The notes below the pieces were generated by a model that saw only the letters and a program-made list of their open reading frames with translations, ran no database searches and had not been told where the DNA came from. DNA of 64,000 bases, from positions 4,016 through 68,015 of the forward strand of contig CANQZW010000003.1 in assembly GCA_947628435.1 (NCBI GenBank), in the 5' to 3' direction. Positions 47,857 through 60,088 of the stretch are shown one piece after another (position 1 is the stretch's first letter; every line of letters begins with the position of its first letter). The translations under genes and the position numbers were made by a program. The stretch is from an uncultured Bacilli bacterium. GTDB lineage: Bacteria > Bacillota_I > Bacilli_A > RF39 > UBA660.

Positions 47857-49164
47857 ATGACTAAATTAAAGAACAACATACTTATTAAAAATATACTTAT
47901 TTTATTAGTATCTGGTGGTATTGCAAAATTAATTGGAATGGTAAGTAAAATTATATATACAAGACAAGCTGGAATTAACATAATAAGTTTATATACTCTT
48001 ATAACCCCTACTCTTATGCTTTTAATATCAATTTGTCAATTTTCTTTTCCGATTTCTATAAGTAAACTTTCTGCCGAAAATAAGCATGATAACAAAGAAT
48101 TATTAAGATCAGCATATTTTCTTGGAATTATAATCAATATAATTTTAATAATTATAATTTTATTATTTGCAAAAACTATCGCAGGATTATTACATAATAA
48201 AATATTATTTAAAGCTATAATATCAATTATTTTTATATTACCTTTAATAACCATTTCAAGTATACAAAGAGGTTTTTTACACGGAAAAGAAAATATGTTT
48301 CCAGCATCAGTTACTAACATTACTGAAGAGATAATTAAAATTATTCTTATAATAATAATTTTTCCGTTTGCAGTTGCAAAATCAGATATAAACGCTGTTA
48401 TAACATTAATACTATTTAACATCATAACTGAATCTTCAAGTATTATTATCATGAATAAATCAATTAAAAAATACTTAAGAAAAGATAAAGTAAAAATTAA
48501 AAAAAATATTATAACTGATATTATAAAAATATCCCTTCCTACAACCTTAATAAGACTAATATCATCAATTGGTTTTTTTCTAGAACCAATATTATTAACA
48601 TTTGTTTTAACTAATAATGGTTATTCATCAAGTTATATAGCACTTGAATATGGAATAATTAATTCATATGTTATTCCCCTTCTTCAAATGCCTAGTTTTT
48701 TTTCTTTATCAGTTGCATCAGCCCTACTGCCAAACATAACAAAATTATATGCAAAAAAACAATATAATGAGTTTAATAATAAACTATTAAAACTAATTAT
48801 AATATCAATTATTATAGGAATAATATGTTTATCAGTTATAATGTTATTCCCAAAGGATATTTTAAGAATTATATATGGAGTTGACTTTGGAATAAACTAT
48901 ATATATTTAATTGGTCCATTTTTCTTAATACTATATATACAACCTTCCCTATCAGCAGCTATACAAGCCATGGGTAAAACAAACAGCTTATTTTTTGTTT
49001 CAATTACATCTACAATATTAAAATATACTACCCTTTTTATTTTAGGTACGATAGGATTTGGAATTAACTGCCTTATTTTTTCTATGATAGTAGGCATTAT
49101 AATTACTACATCATTAAATTTAATTATCGTATTAAAAACACTAAATAAAAAAATCATAAATTAA
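47857..49164 (+). CDS. MOP-superfamily flippase, SpoVB-like
   Basis: Polytopic. CQFSFPISISKLSAE and ISSIQRGFLHGKENMFPASVTNITEE parallel B. subtilis SpoVB motifs (TQFGLPVAISKLVAE, ISSVLRGYFQGKQNM, recalled from memory). Adjacent to secDF as in Bacillus. Shorter than SpoVB (435 aa). Confidence 0.65.
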   Translation: MTKLKNNILIKNILILLVSGGIAKLIGMVSKIIYTRQAGINIISLYTLITPTLMLLISICQFSFPISISKLSAENKHDNKELLRSAYFLGIIINIILIIIILLFAKTIAGLLHNKILFKAIISIIFILPLITISSIQRGFLHGKENMFPASVTNITEEIIKIILIIIIFPFAVAKSDINAVITLILFNIITESSSIIIMNKSIKKYLRKDKVKIKKNIITDIIKISLPTTLIRLISSIGFFLEPILLTFVLTNNGYSSSYIALEYGIINSYVIPLLQMPSFFSLSVASALLPNITKLYAKKQYNEFNNKLLKLIIISIIIGIICLSVIMLFPKDILRIIYGVDFGINYIYLIGPFFLILYIQPSLSAAIQAMGKTNSLFFVSITSTILKYTTLFILGTIGFGINCLIFSMIVGIIITTSLNLIIVLKTLNKKIIN

Positions 49165-49165
49165 A

Positions 49166-49369
49166 TTATGATTTTTTAGATATCTTATAAGTTACAAATA
49201 CTATTATGTTACTAAATAATAACACAATATAAGATGAGTACGTAATATCTTTTAAATATATTTGTAAAGCAAGATTAAAAAGTGCAATAATATCAAATAT
49301 AATAATTGCAATAACAGATCCTTTTAAAACGTTTCTTTCTTTGTTTTTATCTTCTTTTTTTATTTTCAT
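49166..49369 (-). CDS. small two-TM membrane protein (67 aa)
   Basis: ORF with two hydrophobic helices, 10 nt downstream of the preceding gene on the same strand. Confidence 0.4.
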   Translation of the reverse strand: MKIKKEDKNKERNVLKGSVIAIIIFDIIALFNLALQIYLKDITYSSYIVLLFSNIIVFVTYKISKKS

Positions 49370-49378
49370 AATAACCTC

Positions 49379-50185
49379 TTAATCCTGTGAAATAACACAT
49401 GTATAACCTTTTTTTGTATAAACATCTTGAATACTTTGATAAGTATCCGTATTTGATGGCTTAGAATATAATATTGTTTTTCCATCCTCAAATATAATTT
49501 TATCAAATTCAGACCTATCATAATTAGTCTCAATATTAAAAGTAAAACCTTTATCATTTTTCTCAAAAGTTATGTTATTTCCTATAACTGCTGAGTTATT
49601 TATATAAAAATTTTCATATTGATTCTTTAAATCTTCTATAATAGCCGAGGTAGTTTCTAAATTTGAAATAACTACAAAGTTAAAATTAGTATCAGTTAAA
49701 TTATTATTTTCATAGTTTGCAACAAAAACAGCTCTTTGTGTTTCAGCATCACTTTTTGAATTATAAGTACAAGTTAAAGTGCCATTATTACTATTAGTTT
49801 TTTTTATTGTTGTTTTTTCAACATTTGTTTTAGGTTCAACATTCTTATTTGGCCTTGCAATGTTTGTTTTATTATATACATAATATAAGACGAGTAATAC
49901 AATTATTGCTAATAAAATTCCAATAAAAGTATAATTAGGTTTTTTCTCAGCTAGCAAAATCTCATCATTAGTAACCGGATCAATAACAACAGTATTATTA
50001 ACAGCACCATCATAAAGTTCATCAAGATTAATTTGTCTTGTTACATTATCAGGCTCGTTAACTATTTTATTATTCTCATCATTAGTATTTTCTTCAGTTA
50101 AATCATTATTTTTTAATTCAACATTAGTATTTTCTTCATTAAAATCATTATTTTTTATTTCATCATTTTTATTTTCATTATTCAA
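49379..50185 (-). CDS. hypothetical membrane-anchored protein: Asn/Glu-rich N-terminus, 1 TM, Cys-bracketed ectodomain (paralog of 53349..54479)
   Basis: N-terminal NNDFNEENTN/NNDLTEENTN repeats, TM IGILLAIIVLLVLYYVY, C-domain from GTLTC... to ...KKGYTCVISQD. Confidence 0.65.
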   Translation of the reverse strand: MNNENKNDEIKNNDFNEENTNVELKNNDLTEENTNDENNKIVNEPDNVTRQINLDELYDGAVNNTVVIDPVTNDEILLAEKKPNYTFIGILLAIIVLLVLYYVYNKTNIARPNKNVEPKTNVEKTTIKKTNSNNGTLTCTYNSKSDAETQRAVFVANYENNNLTDTNFNFVVISNLETTSAIIEDLKNQYENFYINNSAVIGNNITFEKNDKGFTFNIETNYDRSEFDKIIFEDGKTILYSKPSNTDTYQSIQDVYTKKGYTCVISQD

Positions 50186-50242
50186 TTAGTATCACTCCTT
50201 ATGTTAATATAATAACACAAACTTTTTTATTTAAAAATAATT

Positions 50243-51085
50243 TTACAATCTTTTGGCAATTTTTTCACCAAACTTAACATATGATTCATAGCCTAATTTT
50301 GAATTTTTTAATATTTTACTATCAACTTTTATAATATCTTTTTTTACTAAAATTATAACCGTAGATCCTCCAAACATAAAATATCCTTTTTCATCGCCTT
50401 TATTAAATTTTTTAATATTGTAATTGTTAATTTTTCCAACTAACAGCGCACCTACTTCAACATAAAGTAATTTTTCAAAATTATTAGTTTTAAGTAAGGT
50501 GCATTCCCTTGCGTTTTCTTTAAAGACTTCATATTTATCATAAACTATTGGGTTAACAGAATGAAAATATCCATTTATTTTATACTTTTTTAATACATAA
50601 CCATCATCAATAAAATAATATCTATGATAATCTTCTGGAGACAGTCTAAAAACAAGTGCGTAACCTCCAGTAAATTCTTTAGCTATATTCTTATTTTTTA
50701 CTAATGAATTAACAGTATATAGCGTATTTTTAATATTAAATATTGAATTATCATCTATGTTATATACCATAAGCTTAGAATCACACGGAGCTATAAAATC
50801 ATTTTTATCATTTGCTATTTTAATTTTTTCTTTTTTCATTTTACGAGTAAAAAAATCATTAAAACTATTATATTTTTTCTCCTCATAATAATCCATATCA
50901 ATATTATTGTGTTTTATAAATGGTTTAATTGCTATACAAGATATTTTTTTACTTAATATAAAACCAATTACACTACTTATAAATTTATTAGATACTAAAG
51001 GTTTTAGAATTATTCTTCCTATTTTTGTATTATATAAAAATGATAATTTTTTATTTGAATTATTATTTACTACTTTTCTTACCAT
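50243..51085 (-). CDS. psd: phosphatidylserine decarboxylase proenzyme
   Basis: 280 aa. FNDFF.R, self-cleavage region FMFGGSTVIIL (G-S-T). Confidence 0.88.
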   Translation of the reverse strand: MVRKVVNNNSNKKLSFLYNTKIGRIILKPLVSNKFISSVIGFILSKKISCIAIKPFIKHNNIDMDYYEEKKYNSFNDFFTRKMKKEKIKIANDKNDFIAPCDSKLMVYNIDDNSIFNIKNTLYTVNSLVKNKNIAKEFTGGYALVFRLSPEDYHRYYFIDDGYVLKKYKINGYFHSVNPIVYDKYEVFKENARECTLLKTNNFEKLLYVEVGALLVGKINNYNIKKFNKGDEKGYFMFGGSTVIILVKKDIIKVDSKILKNSKLGYESYVKFGEKIAKRL

Positions 51086-51708
51086 AACATTGATGCTGAT
51101 ATAATTGATATTTCAATTACTGCTAATAAAGAACATATTACAAACCAAATACCAGTTGGTTTTTTTATTTTAAAATCAAATACAAATAGGAACGCAACAA
51201 CAAGCATAACTAAAGGATATGCTTTTTTAAATATAAGTGGTTGCATAAAAATATATAAATTATAAATAAATGGCAATATAATTGCTATGCTGGTAACAGG
51301 TAATCCATGATAATAAGATACCTTTTCCATTTTAGTTATTATTTTCTTTTCCTCGGTTAAGACATTAAAATAAGCAAGCCTAATTACTGCTGCTAAAACA
51401 TATATAACATATACTATTATGTTTAACCTAGAAGTAAATCCCATTGATATACCAATAATAATTGGAAAAACACCAAATGATACAGTATCTACTAATGAAT
51501 CAATTTGAACACCAAATTTTTTTTCTTTTTCAGTTCTTTTGCAAGCTCTTGCTACGGTGCCATCAAACATATCACACACACCAGATAAAATAAGACACAT
51601 AATAGCTCCTGGAATAAATCCTAAAAAAGCTAAAGCCATACCTACAACCGAAAATGAAAGTCCTAAATAAGTTAAAACAACAGATGCATTATAAAATCCA
51701 ATAAACAT
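51079..51708 (-). CDS. pssA: CDP-diacylglycerol--serine O-phosphatidyltransferase
   Basis: CDP-alcohol phosphatidyltransferase motif DMFDGTVAR...G.QIDSLVDTVSFGV. Overlaps the psd start. Confidence 0.88.
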   Translation of the reverse strand: MFIGFYNASVVLTYLGLSFSVVGMALAFLGFIPGAIMCLILSGVCDMFDGTVARACKRTEKEKKFGVQIDSLVDTVSFGVFPIIIGISMGFTSRLNIIVYVIYVLAAVIRLAYFNVLTEEKKIITKMEKVSYYHGLPVTSIAIILPFIYNLYIFMQPLIFKKAYPLVMLVVAFLFVFDFKIKKPTGIWFVICSLLAVIEISIISASMLW

Positions 51709-51770
51709 ATAACTACTCCTTAATACTAAATTACATTAAAAATTATAACATACTTATTTAATAAATAAAA

Positions 51771-51794
51771 GAAAAAAGAAAGAATTCTCTTTCT
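51771..51794 (-). terminator. rho-independent terminator after lysS
   Basis: Palindrome agaaaga-attc-tctttct (51777-51794). On the minus strand it is followed by U6. Overlaps the lysS stop codon. Confidence 0.55.
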
Positions 51795-53289
51795 AATTTT
51801 TATTATCATTTTCTGGTTTCATAAGAGGAAATAATAATACGTCCCTAATAGATGCTTGCTCAGTAAATAGCATTATTAAACGATCTATTCCATAACCTAT
51901 ACCGCCAGCAGGTGGCATACCATATTCAAGGGCTTCAATAAAGTCCATATCAATATCATTAGCCTCTTCATTACCAAGTTCTTTTTCCTTTAATTGCTCT
52001 TTAAATCTTTCTAATTGATCAATTGGATCGTTTAATTCAGTATACGCATTTGCACATTCATGACCAGAAATAAATAATTCGAACCTATCAACAAATCTTG
52101 GATCATCAGGATTTTTCTTAGTAAGTGGTGATATTTCAATTGGATGACCATACAAAAACGTAGGTTGAATAAGAGTTTCTTCAACGTATTTTTCAAAAAA
52201 CAAATTAATTATATGACCAACCGTTTTTTCATGTTCCTGAACTTCTATATCATGTTCACTAGCTAACTTTAAAGCATCGTCTAAAGACATATTTTTACTA
52301 AAATCAATTCCAGTTTGGTCTTTAATAGCATCAACCATAGAAATTCTTTTCCATTTGCCGTCTAAATTAATTTCATGACCTAGGTAATTAAAAGTTGTTT
52401 TACCACAAACTTCTTTAGCAATAGTTTGATACATTTCTTCTGTTAAATCCATCATACCTTCTAAATCAGAATACGCCTCATAAACTTCCATCATAGTAAA
52501 TTCCGGATTATGTTGCAGATCCATTCCTTCATTTCTAAACGTACGTCCTATTTCATATACTTTTTCCATACCGCCCACTAACAACCTTTTTAAGTTAAGT
52601 TCTAAAGCAATACGTAAATACATATCTAAATCCTGAGTATTATGATGAGTAACAAATGGCCTTGCAGATGCCCCAGTTAAAAGAGTTGTTAAAATAGGAG
52701 TTTCAACCTCACAAAAACCTTTTTTATCTAAAAAATTCTGAATACATCTTATTATTTTAGTCCTCATTAGAAAAACATTTCTTGCATCATCATTTACTAT
52801 TAAATCAACATATCTTCTTCTGTATCTTTCTTCTTTATCAGTTAATCCGTGAAATTTTTCAGGAAGTGGTCTTAAAGCTTTAACTAAATGAGTATATTCT
52901 AAACATTTAATAGTAACCTCACCGGTACGAGTTTTCATTACCTTTCCTTTAACCCCAACAATATCTCCTAAATCAGCACTTTTAAATAATTCGTAATTTT
53001 TATCACCTATATCATTAACTGATATATATACTTGAATTAATCCGGTTCTATCTTTAATAGAGAAAAAAGATGCTTTACCCATTTTTCTTATAAACATTAT
53101 TCTGCCCGCAACAGTATATTCATCATTTATATTTTCAAACTCATCATGATCAATATTCTCATACTTTTTTCTTATTTCACTTGCACAAGCAGTAGTTTTA
53201 AAACTATGGCCAAAAGGATCAATGCCATATTCTTTTATTTTTTCTAATTTTCCTCTTCTTACCATTTCTTGTTCGCTAAATTCTCTCAA
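51793..53289 (-). CDS. lysS: lysine--tRNA ligase (class II)
   Basis: 498 aa with a TTG start. OB-fold N-domain, motif 2 FRNEGMDLQHNPEFTMME.Y, motif 3 GGIGYGIDRL. Confidence 0.96.
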   Translation of the reverse strand: MREFSEQEMVRRGKLEKIKEYGIDPFGHSFKTTACASEIRKKYENIDHDEFENINDEYTVAGRIMFIRKMGKASFFSIKDRTGLIQVYISVNDIGDKNYELFKSADLGDIVGVKGKVMKTRTGEVTIKCLEYTHLVKALRPLPEKFHGLTDKEERYRRRYVDLIVNDDARNVFLMRTKIIRCIQNFLDKKGFCEVETPILTTLLTGASARPFVTHHNTQDLDMYLRIALELNLKRLLVGGMEKVYEIGRTFRNEGMDLQHNPEFTMMEVYEAYSDLEGMMDLTEEMYQTIAKEVCGKTTFNYLGHEINLDGKWKRISMVDAIKDQTGIDFSKNMSLDDALKLASEHDIEVQEHEKTVGHIINLFFEKYVEETLIQPTFLYGHPIEISPLTKKNPDDPRFVDRFELFISGHECANAYTELNDPIDQLERFKEQLKEKELGNEEANDIDMDFIEALEYGMPPAGGIGYGIDRLIMLFTEQASIRDVLLFPLMKPENDNKN

Positions 53290-53348
53290 TTTATAACACT
53301 TCCTTTGTAAACGATATTATAACATATTTTTTATTATTTAAAACATTT

Positions 53349-54479
53349 TTAATTATTTACAGTGCAAACATATCCTTGATCTTCTAAAGTTTTTTTAAGT
53401 TTTTTAAAACTACGTTTAGAATCTATCTTAAAATAACTTATTGGTAATGCATCTTGATTAATATTCTTTATTTTTTTATAGTCAAAAGCTTCAAAATCAA
53501 GATAGCCATTAACTTTAATAGATACATCACTTTCTTCAAAAAGATATGTAAAACCACTCATGCCATTTGAATTAACAATAACTGGAGTTTTATCTTTCTT
53601 AATATAACTTATTTGACTTTTATACTCATCTGTTTTAGCTAAATAGTTATATTCAGACTCAACATATAATATTAAATCTTTCTTATAAGTTATTTTATAC
53701 TGATCAGTAACCTTATAACCAGTATCTTCCGCAGTAAAATTACAAATAACATCGGTTTGTTTTGATACTAATAAATTAAATATAACAAAACAAATTATTA
53801 ATACTGCAACTACTATTAAGATAAATAAAATTGAACTTTTCTTTAAAAAGCTATTGTTGTTGCTATTATTGTTATTATCATTTTTATTAGTAGATAATTC
53901 AGATTTGTAATCATTAACATCTTTGCTAGCATCATCTAAAGTATTATCTATGTTTTCATTATTAGAAATTACATTTTGGGTATTGCTAAACTCTTGATCA
54001 TTAAAATTAGAGCCTAATTCATTATTATTTTCATTATTAAATACATCTTTTTCAACACTGTTATTAATGTTTTCATTATTAGAAATTACATTTTGGGTAT
54101 TATTAAACTCTTGATGATTAAAGAAGTTAGAACCTAATTCGTTATTATTCTCATTATTAAATACATTTTTTTCAACGTTGTTATTAATGTTTTCGTTATT
54201 AGAAATTACATTTTGGGTATTATTAAACTCTTGATGATTAAAGAAGTTAGAACCTAATTCGTTATTATTTTCTTCTGATATATTACTAATATTTTCTTGA
54301 TTAACAATATTATTAAAGTTCCTATGATCAAATAAGTTATTTTCTGCCAAATTATTATTTGAATTTGTTTGATTGCTTGTATTGTTTTCATTTGTGCTAA
54401 TATCACTATTTATTTCTATTGTATCATCTCCAAAAATATCATCAATAGCATTTTTTATTTCATCATTTTTATTATCCAT
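53349..54479 (-). CDS. hypothetical membrane-anchored protein: Asn-rich 40-aa tandem repeats, 1 TM, Cys-bracketed ectodomain (paralog of 49379..50185)
   Basis: ATG 54479 follows AGGAGGG (the track start 54563 overlaps the neighbouring gene). Repeats NNNELGSNFFNHQEFNNTQNVISNNENINN.VEK.VFNNE x2.7. TM ILFILIVVAVLIICFVIFNLLV. C-domain from DVIC... to ...DQGYVCTVNN. Confidence 0.7.
   Translation of the reverse strand: MDNKNDEIKNAIDDIFGDDTIEINSDISTNENNTSNQTNSNNNLAENNLFDHRNFNNIVNQENISNISEENNNELGSNFFNHQEFNNTQNVISNNENINNNVEKNVFNNENNNELGSNFFNHQEFNNTQNVISNNENINNSVEKDVFNNENNNELGSNFNDQEFSNTQNVISNNENIDNTLDDASKDVNDYKSELSTNKNDNNNNSNNNSFLKKSSILFILIVVAVLIICFVIFNLLVSKQTDVICNFTAEDTGYKVTDQYKITYKKDLILYVESEYNYLAKTDEYKSQISYIKKDKTPVIVNSNGMSGFTYLFEESDVSIKVNGYLDFEAFDYKKIKNINQDALPISYFKIDSKRSFKKLKKTLEDQGYVCTVNN
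53942..54270. repeat. tandem repeat, 120-bp unit, about 2.7 copies (in-frame, 40 aa)
   Basis: 54061-54150 and 54181-54270 align at an exact 120-bp offset with only 2 mismatches that I can see. A third, more diverged copy starts near 53942 at a 117-bp offset. Confidence 0.9.
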
Positions 54480-54552
54480 AGCAACCCTCCTATTATCTTT
54501 AAAGATTATACCATAGATAATTATAATAAACAAGAAAGTAAAAAGAAAAATG

Positions 54553-55212
54553 CTATATGGCATTTTTATCAGTTAAATCATTATTTTTTATTATATATAA
54601 CTCATTATTTTTTGAAAAAGCATAAAAAACTTGATCAACGGTTAATTTTTTTGAAATTAATGTATTAAGTAACCATCTTTTGCTTTTTCCAATATTATAT
54701 AAATTATCAAATTGTACTTCTCCATCTAATATAATAGGTAAAGGATATATATTTTTATCTTTTTTATCATCTTTTTTAAAAACAGATAACTTACCATTAA
54801 TTTCTAATATTGCATAATCTACCTCATCGATACTTCTTACATCTTTTTCACGAAGTTGTAAAAGTAAGTCATCTAGGGTATAACGCTGTTCAACCATATT
54901 TTTAAAATCAATTAGTCCTTTTTTTATTATGACTACTGGTTTTCCATCTATAAATCTTCTAAACTTAGTATTTTTAAGAGATATTTTTGAAATTAAAATT
55001 TGTAATATAACCAAAATTACAACTGGTACTAAATTAAAAAGGAAATTATTTTCATGTTCTATTGCCATTGCTACTAATTCTGCGATTAATATAAAAACAA
55101 CTAAATCAAAAGTTCCTAATTGTCCTACTTCTCTTTTACCCATAATTCTAAATATAAAAGCAACTAAAAGATATATAATAAACGTTTTAATAATTATTGT
55201 TAAATATTGCAT
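54553..55212 (-). CDS. DUF421 (YetF/YrbG-like) membrane protein
   Basis: N-terminal 3 TM with RIMGKREVGQLGTFDLVVFILIAELVA, soluble C-terminal half. Confidence 0.8.
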   Translation of the reverse strand: MQYLTIIIKTFIIYLLVAFIFRIMGKREVGQLGTFDLVVFILIAELVAMAIEHENNFLFNLVPVVILVILQILISKISLKNTKFRRFIDGKPVVIIKKGLIDFKNMVEQRYTLDDLLLQLREKDVRSIDEVDYAILEINGKLSVFKKDDKKDKNIYPLPIILDGEVQFDNLYNIGKSKRWLLNTLISKKLTVDQVFYAFSKNNELYIIKNNDLTDKNAI

Positions 55213-55277
55213 ATTATCACCATTAATATTATGTTATTAATCATAATTTCATATTCAAATAATATATTTTATTAGAG

Positions 55278-57237
<1,960 letters not shown>

Positions 57238-57249
57238 TTTAATAACCTC

Positions 57250-58272
57250 CTATTTAATAAACATACAATCTCCAAACGAAAAAAATCTATAATTATTTTT
57301 TACAGCATAATTATATGCCTTTAAAATATTATCTTTACCTGCTAAAGCACTAACAAGCATTATTAATGTAGACTTTGGTAAATGAAAATTAGTAAGCAAT
57401 CCATCAATTGCTTTAAATTTATATCCAGGATATATAAAAATGTTAGTATATCCACTTTGTGCTTTAAAGTGTCCGTTTGAAGATGCTATCGTTTCTAAGA
57501 CTCTAGTTGACGTAGTTCCAATAGCAATAATCTTTTTTTTATTTTCTTTTGTTTTATTTAATAAATTCGCTGTTTTTTCATCTAAAACATAATATTCACT
57601 ATGCATTTGATGTTTTTTTACATCATCAACACTAACAGGTCTAAACGTACCTAACCCAACATGAAGTGTAACATAAGCAATATTAATTTTTTTATCCATT
57701 ATCTTTTTTAAATATTCTTCAGTAAAATGAAGACCTGCTGTTGGGGCAGCAGCACTACCTGGAGTTTTAGCATAAACAGTTTGATACCTGTTTTTATCTT
57801 CTAATTTTTCAGTTATATAAGGTGGAAGTGGCATTTCTCCTAATCTATCTAATATTTCTAAAAATATTCCGTCATAAATAAATTTATATTTTCTTATTCC
57901 GTCACTTCCTACATAAGTACACTTACATGATAGCTCATCAGAAAATTTAACAATAGTACCTAATTTAATTCTTTTAGCAGGCTTAGTTAAACACTCCCAT
58001 TCATCATTACCTAAATCTTTTAACATTAATACTTCTATTACTGCACCCGTTTCAGGTTTATGCCCAATTAATCTTGCCGGAATAACTTTAGTATCATTTA
58101 ATACGATAGTATCGCCTTCATCTAAATAATCAATTAAATCATAAAAATGTTTATCAAAATATTCACCAGTATTTTTATCTAATACTAGCATTCTTGATGA
58201 ATCTCTTTTTTTTAAAGGAGTTTGCGCAATCAACTCTTTTGGTAAATAGTAATCAAAATCATCAGTTTTCAA
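57250..58272 (-). CDS. queA: S-adenosylmethionine:tRNA ribosyltransferase-isomerase
   Basis: [14 protein letters not shown]...[47 protein letters not shown]. Confidence 0.96.
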   Translation of the reverse strand: MKTDDFDYYLPKELIAQTPLKKRDSSRMLVLDKNTGEYFDKHFYDLIDYLDEGDTIVLNDTKVIPARLIGHKPETGAVIEVLMLKDLGNDEWECLTKPAKRIKLGTIVKFSDELSCKCTYVGSDGIRKYKFIYDGIFLEILDRLGEMPLPPYITEKLEDKNRYQTVYAKTPGSAAAPTAGLHFTEEYLKKIMDKKINIAYVTLHVGLGTFRPVSVDDVKKHQMHSEYYVLDEKTANLLNKTKENKKKIIAIGTTSTRVLETIASSNGHFKAQSGYTNIFIYPGYKFKAIDGLLTNFHLPKSTLIMLVSALAGKDNILKAYNYAVKNNYRFFSFGDCMFIK

Positions 58273-58342
58273 AATAATTCCTCCTTTAAAAAATAGATAC
58301 CAAACAAGTATCTATTATAAGTTATTTTTTATAAAATATCAA

Positions 58343-59347
58343 TTATTTATTATTATTATTTTTAACTATTCCCAAGTGCTTATATGCAACGTCTGTTACG
58401 ATTCTTCCCCTAGGTGTTCTTTTTAAATATCCAATTTGTAATAAATAAGGCTCACATACGTCCTCAATGGTTGATACTTCCTCACCAATTGATGCTGCAA
58501 TTGCTTCAATTCCAACTGGGCCACCATTAAATTTATATATGATAGTTTTTAAAAGTTCATAGTCTACCTCATCAAGTCCCAGTTTATCTACTTTAAGAGA
58601 ATCTAAAGCATATTTTGTAATATCAAGCGTAATTGTTCCATCACCTTTTACCAAAGCAAAATCACTTACTCTTTTAAGTAATCTATTAGCTATTCTAGGG
58701 GTTCTACGACATCTATTAGCAAGTTCTTTTGCTGCTTTATCTTCAATTATTAAATCAAGCACTCTTGCACTTCTTTTAATAATTTTAGTAATTTCTTCTT
58801 CAGTATAATAATTAAGTTTTGCAACAATTCCAAAACGATCTCTTAATGGCGCTGATAAATCTCCAGCTCTTGTTGTTGCACCAACCAAAGTAAAATGAGG
58901 TAAATCAATTCGCAAATTTCGGTTAGAACCTTCTCCACCAACTATTATATCTAAAGTAAAATCTTCCATAGCAGAATAAAGTATTTCCTCAACGAATCTT
59001 GGAATTCTGTGTATTTCATCAATAAAAAGTACGTCACCTTCATCTAAAGAAGATAAAATTGCTGCTAAATCGCCTGATTTTTCAATGGTAGGACCAGATG
59101 CAGTTTTAATGTTTGCACCCATTTCATTTGCAATTACATACGCCATTGTTGTTTTACCAAGCCCTGGAGGTCCATACAAAAGAACGTGATCAAGTGCTTG
59201 CCCACGCATTTTAGCCGCGGACATAAAAATTCTAATGTTTTCTTTTATATCCTTCTGCCCAATATACTCATCAATTGTTTGAGGCCTTATAGTCGCCTCA
59301 AAACCATCTTCTTTTAGTTTTTCAGATGTGATTATTCTATTATCCAT
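58343..59347 (-). CDS. ruvB: Holliday junction branch migration DNA helicase RuvB
   Basis: RP....EYIGQ, Walker [10 protein letters not shown], Walker [10 protein letters not shown], sensor ATTRAG.L..PLRDRFG. Confidence 0.97.
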   Translation of the reverse strand: MDNRIITSEKLKEDGFEATIRPQTIDEYIGQKDIKENIRIFMSAAKMRGQALDHVLLYGPPGLGKTTMAYVIANEMGANIKTASGPTIEKSGDLAAILSSLDEGDVLFIDEIHRIPRFVEEILYSAMEDFTLDIIVGGEGSNRNLRIDLPHFTLVGATTRAGDLSAPLRDRFGIVAKLNYYTEEEITKIIKRSARVLDLIIEDKAAKELANRCRRTPRIANRLLKRVSDFALVKGDGTITLDITKYALDSLKVDKLGLDEVDYELLKTIIYKFNGGPVGIEAIAASIGEEVSTIEDVCEPYLLQIGYLKRTPRGRIVTDVAYKHLGIVKNNNNK

Positions 59348-59363
59348 AACAATATCCTTTCAT

Positions 59364-59915
59364 CTATTTAAGTAATAATTTTAGTGCATCTTTAACTTGC
59401 TGCTCAAGAGTCTTATTAGCATCAATATTTGGTAAAATTCTTTTTATATCAACAGGTTTATAGCCTAAAGATTTTAAAGTTTCGGTAAGATTAGTAAAAT
59501 CTTGTTTATTTGAATTTGTATCTAATTCAAGCTTTCCTTTTAAATCTAGTATAATTTGTCTTGCTACTTTATCACCTATTTTAGGAAACTTTTTTAGGTA
59601 ATTAACGTTTCCACTTTCAATTGCAGAATAAATACTATCCTTATTATCACCACTAAGCATAGGAAGAGCCATCTTGCATCCTAAACCTTTAACACTGATT
59701 AATTTTAAAAATAAATCTTTTTCTTCCTTATTTTTAAATCCATATAGCGTATTTTCATCTTCTCTTATTTGCTGATACAAATAAATTAAAACTTCTTCGT
59801 TTAATTTATATAAGTAAGGATTAGCGACAAATATCATGTAACCTATTCCATTATTTTCTAGCACAACATAACTAGGTTCAACCATTGTTATAACACCTTT
59901 AATATATGAATACAT
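59364..59915 (-). CDS. ruvA: Holliday junction DNA helicase RuvA
   Basis: MYSYIKGVI...VVLENNGIGY OB domain, HhH GLGCKMA / KFPKIGDKVARQIILDLK, domain III GYKP.DI. The internal Met at 59915 is preferred. Confidence 0.92.
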   Translation of the reverse strand: MYSYIKGVITMVEPSYVVLENNGIGYMIFVANPYLYKLNEEVLIYLYQQIREDENTLYGFKNKEEKDLFLKLISVKGLGCKMALPMLSGDNKDSIYSAIESGNVNYLKKFPKIGDKVARQIILDLKGKLELDTNSNKQDFTNLTETLKSLGYKPVDIKRILPNIDANKTLEQQVKDALKLLLK

Positions 59916-60010
59916 AAAACACCTCATTTTTATATATCTTAATTTTACCACGAACAATTGTATTTGTAAACATTAATCTAAAAAATTAAATTCAAAGTAA
60001 ATTACATAAT

Positions 60011-60041
60011 AAAAAATGGTCAACACTTAATATGCTAACCA
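60011..60041 (-). terminator. rho-independent terminator between the HAD gene and ruvA
   Basis: Minus strand UGGUUAGCA-(7-nt loop)-UGUUGACCA (two G.U pairs) followed by U6 (plus-strand a-run 60011-60016). Confidence 0.5.
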
Positions 60042-60088
60042 CTATTTTTTATTAATATCAGCAAACGATAATTTTTGATTATTTAACT

